A stretch of 58,412 nt of DNA, counting the filler, from an uncultured bacterium (GTDB lineage: Bacteria; DAOPZR01): assembly GCA_964637655.1 (NCBI GenBank). It is 3 parts of 3 records of this genome, joined end to end, with 100 filler letters (N's around TTAATTAATTAA, not from the genome) between each part and the next. Parts side by side here need not be neighbours in the genome. Positions count along the whole stretch, not along the records: positions 1 to 20,054 come from CAZWUZ010000031.1; 2 more parts are not named here. One strand, given 5' to 3'. The stretch's first letter is position 1. Each line of letters starts with the position of its first letter. The notes below the pieces were generated by a model. That model was not told where the DNA came from. It ran no database searches and worked only from the letters and a program-made list of their open reading frames with translations. Below, one piece after another: positions 1 to 7,769 of the stretch. The position numbers and the translations under genes are program-made.

Positions 1-1
1 A

Positions 2-583
2 CGTGATGGCACCGGGGCCAACCTGATCGCCCGCCGCCCGGGCACCGGCGACAAACCGGTACTCCTCTCGGCGCATTATGACACGAAACCGGACACGCCC
101 GGGGCACTGGACAATGCCGCCGGCGTCGCCGCGCTGCTGCTGGCGGCACGTGACCTTACGGCCCGGCCCGGGCCGGCGCTGGAACTGGTCTTCTTCGGCG
201 GTGAGGACAGCTGGTGGCCGGGCGATGAGGGATATATTCTGGCGTACCCGCCCGCGCGGGTCTGCCAGGCGATCAATCTTGACGGGGTCGGCTATCGCGG
301 CCGGCCGACCGCGCTGGCGCTGTTCAACTACGACGACCCGTCAAGCGCCGCCCTGCTCGCCCTGGTCAATGCGGCCGTCCCCTGCGTGACAGAGCCGTTT
401 TACGCCAGCGATCACGGCTTCTTCTGGCCGCACGGCGTGCCGACCATCGCGCTGACCAGCAGCGGTCTGCTGACCGCCGTCGGCACCGAGGTGCATACGG
501 CGGCGGATGTGCCGGCGCTCGTCGATACCTGCGTGGTGGCGCGCATCGCCCGCCTGCTGCCGCACCTTATGACCGGCGGCTGA
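2..583 (+). CDS. M28 family Zn peptidase, 5' partial
   Basis: Frame +2 is open from the window start: ...NLIARRPGTGDKPVLLSAHYDTKPDTPGALDNAAGVA...LVFFGGED...INLDGVG...SDH...HTAAD, the M28 zinc-ligand pattern. The track ORF 386..583 is only its C-terminus. Confidence 0.85.
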   Translation, partial: RDGTGANLIARRPGTGDKPVLLSAHYDTKPDTPGALDNAAGVAALLLAARDLTARPGPALELVFFGGEDSWWPGDEGYILAYPPARVCQAINLDGVGYRGRPTALALFNYDDPSSAALLALVNAAVPCVTEPFYASDHGFFWPHGVPTIALTSSGLLTAVGTEVHTAADVPALVDTCVVARIARLLPHLMTGG

Positions 584-1334
584 CCGCCGCCAGACGCACC
601 AGCTGGCGCCGCAGGCGCGCCACGCGCCGCCGGTGTTCGCCCAGCGTGGTCAGCCAGTAATCCGTCACGTAAACGATGTCCGCATCGGGTGACGGGGTGT
701 TGATCGCGTGACGCAGGTTCTGCCGGTTGCCCGTGTCGTACTCACCGAGCATGCGCAGGATGGCGGCGATGCTGTAGCCGGCAGTGCGCAGGGCACGGAT
801 GATTTTCAGCCGGCTGATCATCACTCCGTCATAGCGACAGTAGCCATGCCGGTCGCGGGTAATGCGCGCCAGCCCGTTGCGTTCCCACGTGCGCAGCGCC
901 TCGACCGTGCAGCCGATGCGTTCCGCCGCGGCGCGCCGGTGCACGAACACTTCCCGCCCCGGGCGCGGCGGCTGCTGCGCCCAGCGTTCCAGCTCACGCA
1001 GTGCCGCGTGCGCGCGTCGTGATTCGCGCTGCACATTGCGCGCGTAGGTGTCCAGCTGCGCGCGCGTCTCACGCAGGTCGCCGCGTGCCGCCGCCTTGAC
1101 CATGGCATAGACCGGTGTTCCTCCGCCGGGAAACGGACCGGGGAGCGCGAGACGCGCGAACTTCATCTGTTCGAGATGGTGTGGCGTGTAGGTGCGGTAG
1201 CCGTTGGGCAGGCGCGCCACCGGCGGCAGCAGTTCCCACTGCTCGTACTTGAGGACCGTGCTGCGATGCGTGCCGGCAGCACGCGCCAGGTCGATGGCGG
1301 TGAGAGAGCCGCGCCGCCGGGTGCGTGCTACCAG
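567..1334 (-). CDS. MerR-family regulator with two HTH domains; probable CTG start
   Basis: The frame extends upstream of the track start (1220) through LTAIDLARAAGTHRSTVLKYEQWELLPPVARLPNGYRTY (MerR HTH 1). A second HTH follows: AAAERIGCTVEALRTWERNGL...RDRHGYCRY. There is no ATG/GTG/TTG before the in-frame TGA at 1343-1341. CTG at 1334 has GGTGA 6 nt upstream. Confidence 0.8.
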   Translation of the reverse strand: MVARTRRRGSLTAIDLARAAGTHRSTVLKYEQWELLPPVARLPNGYRTYTPHHLEQMKFARLALPGPFPGGGTPVYAMVKAAARGDLRETRAQLDTYARNVQRESRRAHAALRELERWAQQPPRPGREVFVHRRAAAERIGCTVEALRTWERNGLARITRDRHGYCRYDGVMISRLKIIRALRTAGYSIAAILRMLGEYDTGNRQNLRHAINTPSPDADIVYVTDYWLTTLGEHRRRVARLRRQLVRLAAVSRRS

Positions 1335-1579
1335 CGTCCGTCACCGCCGCAGTTGATGCAGACCCCCGTGCCGCTGCAGGTGCTGCAGGAGGTTTCGCCC
1401 GAGCCGAGGAAACGCCCGGTGCCGTTGCAGGTGCTGCAACGCCCCGACCCGCCGCACGGACTGCAGACCGAACTGCTCGACGACGAACTTCCCCCGTCGT
1501 TCCCGTCATAGGTGCCGTAATAGCCGCCGCACCCGGCACACAGCAGTGCGACAGTCAAACCAATGAGCATGAGACGCAT
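1328..1579 (-). CDS. Small lipoprotein with four CxxCxGxG (DnaJ-type zinc-finger) motifs
   Basis: ATG at 1579 with GGAGGTG SD. Signal peptide and lipobox MRLMLIGLTVALLCAGC, Ser linker, then CSPCGGSG, CSTCNGTG, CSTCSGTG, CINCGGDG. Confidence 0.75.
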   Translation of the reverse strand: MRLMLIGLTVALLCAGCGGYYGTYDGNDGGSSSSSSSVCSPCGGSGRCSTCNGTGRFLGSGETSCSTCSGTGVCINCGGDGRW

Positions 1580-1645
1580 GAAACACCTCCACCTGTTTCC
1601 ATCATAGCAGACGCCTGCATCACTGTCCAAGCTTATTCGTTCCAT

Positions 1646-1674
1646 TTGACAGAAACAGCACAACAGGATAACTT
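1646..1674 (+). promoter_or_regulatory. Putative sigma70 promoter for precursor 1
   Basis: TTGACA-17nt-TAACTT upstream of the AAAGGA SD and ATG 1709. Confidence 0.45.
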
Positions 1675-1708
1675 GCCGGTAGTTGCTCTGTTGCCGAAAG
1701 GAACCGAC

Positions 1709-1984
1709 ATGACCAAACAAAATCTGGCGGCGCTGCTGGCAGCGTTGCGTGACAACAGGGAACTGCGCGCAAAACTCGCCGCGGCGGGAAGTCCCGCAGA
1801 GTTCGAACGACTGGCGGCAGCAGCCGGCTTTACCGTGTCAGCACAGGATTTCCTTTCGGGTACAGCGGACGATCTGAGCGACGCCGAACTCGAGCAGGTG
1901 GCCGGCGGCTACACCTTCCCGCAAACAGACTGGATCTACTGCGATAACCCATGGACCAACGTCTACTGCACCCTGAAGTGCTGA
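1709..1984 (+). CDS. Nif11-like leader RiPP precursor 1 (core YTFPQTDWIYCDNPWTNVYCTLKC)
   Basis: AAAGGA SD and ATG 1709. The helical Nif11-type leader ends DLSDAELEQVAGG. The 24-aa core has 4 Thr and 3 Cys. The gene converges on LanM. Confidence 0.9.
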   Translation: MTKQNLAALLAALRDNRELRAKLAAAGSPAEFERLAAAAGFTVSAQDFLSGTADDLSDAELEQVAGGYTFPQTDWIYCDNPWTNVYCTLKC

Positions 1985-2005
1985 CCCCTCCTGCCTGAGT
2001 CGCAG

Positions 2006-5000
2006 TCAGGCGAACAGCAGCAGGCGCGCGGTTGCTGTCTTGCGGTCGAGCAGATGCATGCCGATGCCCGGCAGGCCGGTCATCAGACCGGCCATCCCCA
2101 CCGTCGTTCCCGTCCCCAGGTCATTGAACCGGAATGTTGCCGTCATCCGCCAGTGTGCGAGCAGCGCGCCAGTCAGTTGCCGTGCCGCGACAGCATACCG
2201 TTCCTCCCCCGTCCACAAGCCAAGCGCCCGCAGAATCGCTGCACGACCGGCATTGCCGCAGCAGAGATGATCCGCCGGCAGCGGCGGCGCGTTGACCATG
2301 AGTTCCCCGGCGCGATGCAGTTCTTCGCGCCAGTGCGCCGCGGCGGGATGCCCGGGGAACAGTTCCAGGGCGCGCCCGCGCGCCAGTCCGATACCCGCCG
2401 CGCCATGACACCACGCGTTCATGAACGTCGGAGTCGCGCTGCGCAGATCAGGCCAGTTGCCCGCATGCGCATCGAACAGCGCCTGTTCGTACGCGAATGC
2501 GCGCGCCCCGGCGTCGATATACCGTTCGTCAGTGAGTACCGCGCCGGCACGCAGCAGGGCCAGCCCGATGCCTGATGCTCCGTGCGCATAGCCGGTCAGT
2601 GCGCGCGGGGCTGACGCCGTGAGCCACCCGCCACTGTGCAGGTTCTGCCGCGCCAGCAGTTGCCCGGCCAGCAGGTGCAGCACTGCACGCGCCGCTGCAC
2701 CATAGCCATGGTCGCACAGGTCGGCCACCGGGCCGACAGCACCCGCCGCACCGCCAATCACATCAAGCCGCACATCGTTGCTGACCAAACCGTCCGACAG
2801 CGCCGTGAGCAGTCGCACGCGAATATGTTCCGCCTCCGCTGCCGTCGCCGGGATACCGGGAAGCGACAGCAACTGCAGGAAGCCGCCGACCCCTGTGAGT
2901 CCCGGGCCGCGGTCGCGCAGCAGCCGGTGCAATTCGTCATCCGGACACTGCGCCAGCCGTTCGCCGAGCGGCTGCCATACCCGCGCCGTCAGTGCAGCGG
3001 CGCGCGCAGTCACGCCGGCGCTCAGCCCGGCATGCGCCAGGGCACTGAGGAATGCCACCAGTCCGCTGCGCCCGGAATAGAACCCGTCATCCATGAGACC
3101 GAGTCCCGCCTGCATCCCGTCGCCCAGCAGGCCAAAACTCAGCCAGGTAAGCCGCCCGCGTCCGTCTGTCACCGCGTTCCGCTCGAGCACATCAAGCATG
3201 CCCGCAAACAGTTGTTCCTGTTCGCCGTCACGCCAGCGGTCGCTGCCGGCCGCCACCGGTGCTGACGGCACATCAGTCACGCCCTGCATCCGGTAGGTGC
3301 GCACGCCAACCGCAGCGCGGATGAGTTGTGCCTGCCAGGCACTCTGGTCCGCGCCCGTCTGCCGGACGCGGGCAAGCGCAACCGCCAGTCCGTCATCAGC
3401 AAGCACGTCGCGGATGCACCGCCCGCCGCCGTACAGGTCGCGGGAACCGGACACGTGATCGAAATACGGGATGTCCAGCGCTTCGAGGTCATGCAGTTCC
3501 GCGCCGTAGCAGTCCCAGAGCGGACCGACTGACGGTGCGAGCAGGTAGCCGCGGGCCATGCGTTCCAGTTCGATGCCGCGGGCGGCGGCGGAACGCAGAC
3601 AGTCGGGCGAAAGCAGCCGCTGCTCCAGTATGGCGTAGATGCGCGTCGCCCGCAGCACCGTGCGCCGGCGCAGGCCGCTGCAAGCGGCGATTCGCGTTGC
3701 CAGTTCCTGACGCCGCGGCGGGGTCAGCAATTCTTTGCTCGCCGTACAAAAACCGTCAACCAGCGCGTCAACATGGTGCGCCAGCGGATTCGGTTCACCG
3801 GCCGCCACCGGCAGTGACGGGCGCACCGCCGGCTGTGCCGGGCGCCATCCCCAGGCCATCGCGTCGGTATTGCAGTTGATCCAGCCAGCAGTTTCCTCCG
3901 CATCAGCACCGGAGACGATGCCGAGCGCGCTGATATCAGTCGCCCGTTTCCGTGACGCGCTGTACTGCCAGGCCGGAAGCAGGCCGACCCGCAGCACCGA
4001 CATGCCGGGGTCATCGTGCTCCGCGCCGGCGCCGGCATCGTCGCCGGCAGCGCTTTTCACCCGGCTGTCGAACAGCGTTTCCGGATCGATCAATACCAGC
4101 CGGTCCGCGCCGGCAATGAGATTCTCCGCATGGCAGTCGGTGGCACCCAGCAACTGCAGCAGGGCAAGCAGGCGCCCGGCATGGCGGTAGAATGCCGGCA
4201 GTTCCGCGGCATCAGCGACGGGGCGATGCGCGACGAAACCGGCATAGCCGTATGACTCGCCGACGGCAAGCACCGGCACCGGTGGCGCGCCGGCAAAATC
4301 CGTCGCCAGCCGGTGGTATGCCTGCTCGAGCCGCATATCCTTGGGCTTGTACACGACGCGCACCGGGTCGCCGGTGCCGGCCAGCGTGACAATGGTCACC
4401 ATGCGGCCGCCGCGATGCGCATCCCCGGCGCACGTCAGGCGCAGCACGCGCAGCGGCAATGCCGCACCGAACGCTGCCGCGATGGCACCGGCATCGGCCT
4501 GCAGCCGCGCCCCGAGTTCGCCGAACATCGCCGACCAGGCCTGCACCGTCGTCGCCAGCAGGCGGGGCAGGACCGGGAATGCGCTGCTCAGTGCGGTCAG
4601 TCCGCCGGCAGCCATGGCCCGGACGAACGCGGCGTAGCGCACGCGTTCCGCCGCCACCGGTTCCGTGCCGAGGGCGAGTTTGAGCGACAGCCCCGGGTCA
4701 CGACCGGCGGCAAAGAGTTCCATAAGCGCGCGCGCGGAGAGGTACGACAGGCGTCCGGCCAGCCAGCAGTGCGCGTCGCTGATGGCCTCCGCCGTAAAGA
4801 CAGCCGTGCCGCCGTCCGGAACAGGCCATGCCTGCGTCGCCAACCACCAGAGGTGGATGAACGGCACCGTCGCAGCGGCCGCGTCAGCGGGCAGTGCCGT
4901 GTCTGCGAGCCACGCCATGTCGTCCGCCGGGCCGGCCGCCGCGGCGCGCACCGCCTCACCCAGGTGCAGGTATGCCGGCCACCACGCGGGCGCGGTGGTC

Positions 5001-5257
5001 AGTGCCGGGTTATCCGTCAGGGCGATGGCAGCCGACCGCTCATCCAGTCCGCCCGCCGCGAGACGCCGGGCGAACAGGCCTGACGCATCAGCATCGACAG
5101 CGCGCCGCCAGTCAGCAAGCAGTCCGTCCACGTCAGCAACCGGGCACGCCGGTGCCGCGGCAGCACGCGCCAGCCGCTCATCCCAGCGTTCGCCTGCCCG
5201 CCACAGGCGCAGGTCAGCTGGTGACGGCAGCGTGCTGCCCGGCGTGACGCCGTCCAT
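2006..5257 (-). CDS. lanM: Class II lanthipeptide synthetase LanM (CCG zinc motif)
   Basis: Dehydratase motifs GDAHRGG, VYKPKD, TDCHAENLI, LIDPETLF, SVLRVGLLP. Cyclase motifs GYAHGASG, AWCHGAAG, HLCCGNAG. Start placed at ATG 5257, just after the stop of the TPM gene. Confidence 0.93.
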   Translation of the reverse strand: MDGVTPGSTLPSPADLRLWRAGERWDERLARAAAAPACPVADVDGLLADWRRAVDADASGLFARRLAAGGLDERSAAIALTDNPALTTAPAWWPAYLHLGEAVRAAAAGPADDMAWLADTALPADAAAATVPFIHLWWLATQAWPVPDGGTAVFTAEAISDAHCWLAGRLSYLSARALMELFAAGRDPGLSLKLALGTEPVAAERVRYAAFVRAMAAGGLTALSSAFPVLPRLLATTVQAWSAMFGELGARLQADAGAIAAAFGAALPLRVLRLTCAGDAHRGGRMVTIVTLAGTGDPVRVVYKPKDMRLEQAYHRLATDFAGAPPVPVLAVGESYGYAGFVAHRPVADAAELPAFYRHAGRLLALLQLLGATDCHAENLIAGADRLVLIDPETLFDSRVKSAAGDDAGAGAEHDDPGMSVLRVGLLPAWQYSASRKRATDISALGIVSGADAEETAGWINCNTDAMAWGWRPAQPAVRPSLPVAAGEPNPLAHHVDALVDGFCTASKELLTPPRRQELATRIAACSGLRRRTVLRATRIYAILEQRLLSPDCLRSAAARGIELERMARGYLLAPSVGPLWDCYGAELHDLEALDIPYFDHVSGSRDLYGGGRCIRDVLADDGLAVALARVRQTGADQSAWQAQLIRAAVGVRTYRMQGVTDVPSAPVAAGSDRWRDGEQEQLFAGMLDVLERNAVTDGRGRLTWLSFGLLGDGMQAGLGLMDDGFYSGRSGLVAFLSALAHAGLSAGVTARAAALTARVWQPLGERLAQCPDDELHRLLRDRGPGLTGVGGFLQLLSLPGIPATAAEAEHIRVRLLTALSDGLVSNDVRLDVIGGAAGAVGPVADLCDHGYGAAARAVLHLLAGQLLARQNLHSGGWLTASAPRALTGYAHGASGIGLALLRAGAVLTDERYIDAGARAFAYEQALFDAHAGNWPDLRSATPTFMNAWCHGAAGIGLARGRALELFPGHPAAAHWREELHRAGELMVNAPPLPADHLCCGNAGRAAILRALGLWTGEERYAVAARQLTGALLAHWRMTATFRFNDLGTGTTVGMAGLMTGLPGIGMHLLDRKTATARLLLFA

Positions 5258-5267
5258 CAGGCAGGGC

Positions 5268-5720
5268 TCAGGTATTCCCGGAGATATCGTCGGAGAGTTC
5301 GTTGCGATCGGCGGTGCCCGTCGACGGAAAATGCTCGCCCAGGCGGACCCCGATATCGCGGATGCCTGCCTCCAGGCCGCCGGCAAAATCATCCGCACGG
5401 AACCGTTCCTCCAGCAGGCGCGCGGTGGCATCCCAGAACCCGGCCGGGACACGCGCATCGATGCCGCTGTCGCCGATGACCGCGAATTTCCGGGCGCCGG
5501 GCGAAAGGTAGAGCAGCACGCCGTTGCGCTGCGCGGTGGCCGTCATGCCGAGTTTTTCGAACCAGTGAATGGCGCGTTGCGTCGCGTCGCCGGGACAGCG
5601 CCGCTCGAGATGCACGCGGATCTCGCCCGAGGTCTGCTGCTCCGCCGCGCGAATCGCCGCGATCACCCGCTGCCGCTCGGGTTCGCTGAGAAACCAGCGC
5701 GGATTCGCCGATCGTGTCAT
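5268..5720 (-). CDS. TPM-domain protein (short type)
   Basis: MTRSANPRWFLSEPERQRVIAAIRAAEQQTSGEIRVHLE...RNGVLLYL...FAVIGDSGID...NELSD; third gene of the lemA-TPM-TPM operon. Confidence 0.85.
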   Translation of the reverse strand: MTRSANPRWFLSEPERQRVIAAIRAAEQQTSGEIRVHLERRCPGDATQRAIHWFEKLGMTATAQRNGVLLYLSPGARKFAVIGDSGIDARVPAGFWDATARLLEERFRADDFAGGLEAGIRDIGVRLGEHFPSTGTADRNELSDDISGNT

Positions 5721-5731
5721 TTCCGCCCCCC

Positions 5732-6481
5732 CTACCATCCGCCTGAGGAACCGCCGCCGCCGAACCGGCCGCCGCCGCCACCACCGAAGCCGCCGAAACC
5801 ACCGCCGCGCGAGCCCGAGCCGCCACCCCAGCCCGAAGAGCGCCAGCCGCGCGAACTGTACGTATGGGAAGAGCGCAGGCGTCCCGTCAGAAACAGGTAG
5901 AGAAAGATGAGCCCGATGATAATCTTCACCCATTTGCCGATGGTGGCGGAATCAGGCAGTGAATTGTCAATGGTGCGCGGTTGCACCATCGCTGTCGCCG
6001 CGCCGGTATCACCGAGCGCCGCGAGGATGGCCGTCACGCCGGCCCGGAACCCGCCGTCGTAGTCACCCGCCTTGAACCGCGGCGTGATGTCGTTGCGGAT
6101 GATGCTGCTGCTGCACGCGTCGGTCAGGGTCGCTTCCAGCCCGTAGCCGACCTCGATACGCAGCTTGCGATCGTCGCGAAATGCCAGCAGGATGACCCCG
6201 TTATCCCTGCCGCGCTGCCCGATTTTCCACTGCTCCGCCAGTTTGATGGAAAACCGTTCCAAACTGTCGCCCGCCAGCGACGGGAAGGTGGCGATCACCA
6301 CCTGGTTGCCCGTCGTCCGCTCGTAGCGTTCGAGTTGCCGTTCAAGTTCCTCCGCGACTGCCGCTGAAATCATCCCGCCGCTGTCGTTGACCCGCGCGGC
6401 GGGCCGTTCGGGCACAGCCAACCCCGCACAGCAGACAAAGAGCGCGGTGGCGACCGCGACGGCAGTCAGGCGGCGACGCAT
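5732..6481 (-). CDS. TPM-domain (YgcG-like) membrane protein with Gly-rich tail
   Basis: Signal peptide, RVND...WKIGQRGRDNGVILL...RIEVGYGLE, TM helix, C-terminal GGFGGFGGGGGGRFGGGGSSGGW. Confidence 0.9.
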   Translation of the reverse strand: MRRRLTAVAVATALFVCCAGLAVPERPAARVNDSGGMISAAVAEELERQLERYERTTGNQVVIATFPSLAGDSLERFSIKLAEQWKIGQRGRDNGVILLAFRDDRKLRIEVGYGLEATLTDACSSSIIRNDITPRFKAGDYDGGFRAGVTAILAALGDTGAATAMVQPRTIDNSLPDSATIGKWVKIIIGLIFLYLFLTGRLRSSHTYSSRGWRSSGWGGGSGSRGGGFGGFGGGGGGRFGGGGSSGGW

Positions 6482-6484
6482 CGG

Positions 6485-7120
6485 TCAGCGCGCAACCGGA
6501 GTGGTGAAATCAACCTGCGGTGCGATGTCCGCGCCTTCCTGCATCTGGAAATATTCCTTGGCCTGGAAGTCGAAGAAGCCCGCGATGATGTTCATCGGGA
6601 ACTTGCGGCGGTAGGTGTTGTAGTCCTGCGCTGTCTCGTTGTAGCGCATCCGCTCGACGGTGATGCGGTTTTCCGTACCCTCCAGCTGGCTCTGCAGGTT
6701 GAGAAACCCCTCGTTGGCGCGCAGCTGCGGGTAGTTTTCCACCACCACCATCAGCCGCGACAGCGCCGAGCTGAGTTCACCCTGCGCCTGCTGGAAGGCG
6801 GCGAATTTCTCCGGGTTGTCAACCGTGCCGGGCGCAGCCCCCATTCCCGCCACGCGCGCCCGCGCCTCGGTCACCCGCGTCAGCACGTCCGCCTCGTGCG
6901 CGGCATACCCTTTTACCGTCGCCACCAGGTTGGGGACGAGGTCAGCGCGCCGCTGGTAGACATTCTCCACCTGCGACCAGGCCGTCGTCACCGCCTCCTG
7001 CTTCTCCACCAGCGTGTTATACGCGGTGAATGGCGAACCGACCAGCGCCAGCAGCGCCACACCGGCAATGAGCACCAGCCCGATAACAGATCCCGCAGCA
7101 ATCAGACAGCCCTTTTTCAT
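6485..7120 (-). CDS. lemA: LemA family protein
   Basis: YNTLV...AWSQVENVYQRRADLVPNLVATVKGYAAHE...ENYPQLRANEGFLNLQSQLEGTENRITVER. Confidence 0.95.
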   Translation of the reverse strand: MKKGCLIAAGSVIGLVLIAGVALLALVGSPFTAYNTLVEKQEAVTTAWSQVENVYQRRADLVPNLVATVKGYAAHEADVLTRVTEARARVAGMGAAPGTVDNPEKFAAFQQAQGELSSALSRLMVVVENYPQLRANEGFLNLQSQLEGTENRITVERMRYNETAQDYNTYRRKFPMNIIAGFFDFQAKEYFQMQEGADIAPQVDFTTPVAR

Positions 7121-7191
7121 GGCAGTTCCTCCACGCGTAATGGTTTATTTTATCATCCCCCGTTTACCCCGTCTACCGGGACAACGGCATG

Positions 7192-7220
7192 TTGCTTACC
7201 GCGCCGCTGTCATGTAACAT
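7192..7220 (+). promoter_or_regulatory. Putative sigma70 promoter for precursors 2 and 3
   Basis: TTGCTT-17nt-TAACAT upstream of the CAGGAG SD and ATG 7249. Confidence 0.45.
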
Positions 7221-7248
7221 ACTCCGGGACGGACAACAGGAGCGGGGC

Positions 7249-7503
7249 ATGAGCAGCGAATCGGCAAAAGTGTTTATCGAGCGGTTGCGCACCGATGAGG
7301 AATTCGTGGCGCGGATCAAGGCCTGCCCCGACGCCGACGCGCGACTGGCACTGGCCAGAACCGAAGGGTTCGATTTCACCCCGGCAGAAATCACCGCGCA
7401 GGCGGGCGAACTGTCAGATGACGAACTGGATGGCGTCGCGGGCGGCGTCTTTGACGGGCTACCCTGTTTCACTGACAGCATCATCAATACCTGCGGGAAA
7501 TGA
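7249..7503 (+). CDS. Nif11-like leader RiPP precursor 2 (core VFDGLPCFTDSIINTCGK)
   Basis: MSSESAKVFIERLRTDEEF...EGFDFTPAEI...ELSDDELDGVAGG leader; AGGAG SD. Confidence 0.92.
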   Translation: MSSESAKVFIERLRTDEEFVARIKACPDADARLALARTEGFDFTPAEITAQAGELSDDELDGVAGGVFDGLPCFTDSIINTCGK

Positions 7504-7516
7504 ACAGGCGGGCGGC

Positions 7517-7762
7517 ATGAGCAGCGAATCGGCGAAAGCGTTTCTCGAGCGGTTGCGCACTGACGAGGATTTCGTGGCGCGGATCAAGGCCTGCCCCAGC
7601 TCCACCGCGCGCCTGGCACTGGCGAAAGCCGAGGGCTTCGACTTTTCTCCAGCTGAGATCAGGGCGCAGGCGAGCGAACTGTCGGACGCGGAACTGGAGC
7701 AGGTGGCCGGCGGCGGCAAGGGTTACTGCTGCACCGGCGACACCGCCGACCCGAAGGGCTGA
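7517..7762 (+). CDS. Nif11-like leader RiPP precursor 3 (core GKGYCCTGDTADPKG)
   Basis: Leader near-identical to precursor 2, ending ELSDAELEQVAGG. Confidence 0.92.
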   Translation: MSSESAKAFLERLRTDEDFVARIKACPSSTARLALAKAEGFDFSPAEIRAQASELSDAELEQVAGGGKGYCCTGDTADPKG

Positions 7763-7769
7763 ACTGCGG

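Noticed and set aside
1328-1579. Cys/Ser/Thr-rich small ORF as a fourth lanthipeptide precursor
   Set aside because: It has a lipoprotein signal rather than a Nif11 leader, and the Cys spacing is a regular CxxCxGxG zinc-finger pattern.
1325-1708. N-terminal extensions in the ORF track for precursor 1 (from 1325), precursor 3 (from 7295), LanM (from 5458) and TPM (from 5933)
   Set aside because: The extensions overlap other genes; domain boundaries and SD positions support the shorter starts used.
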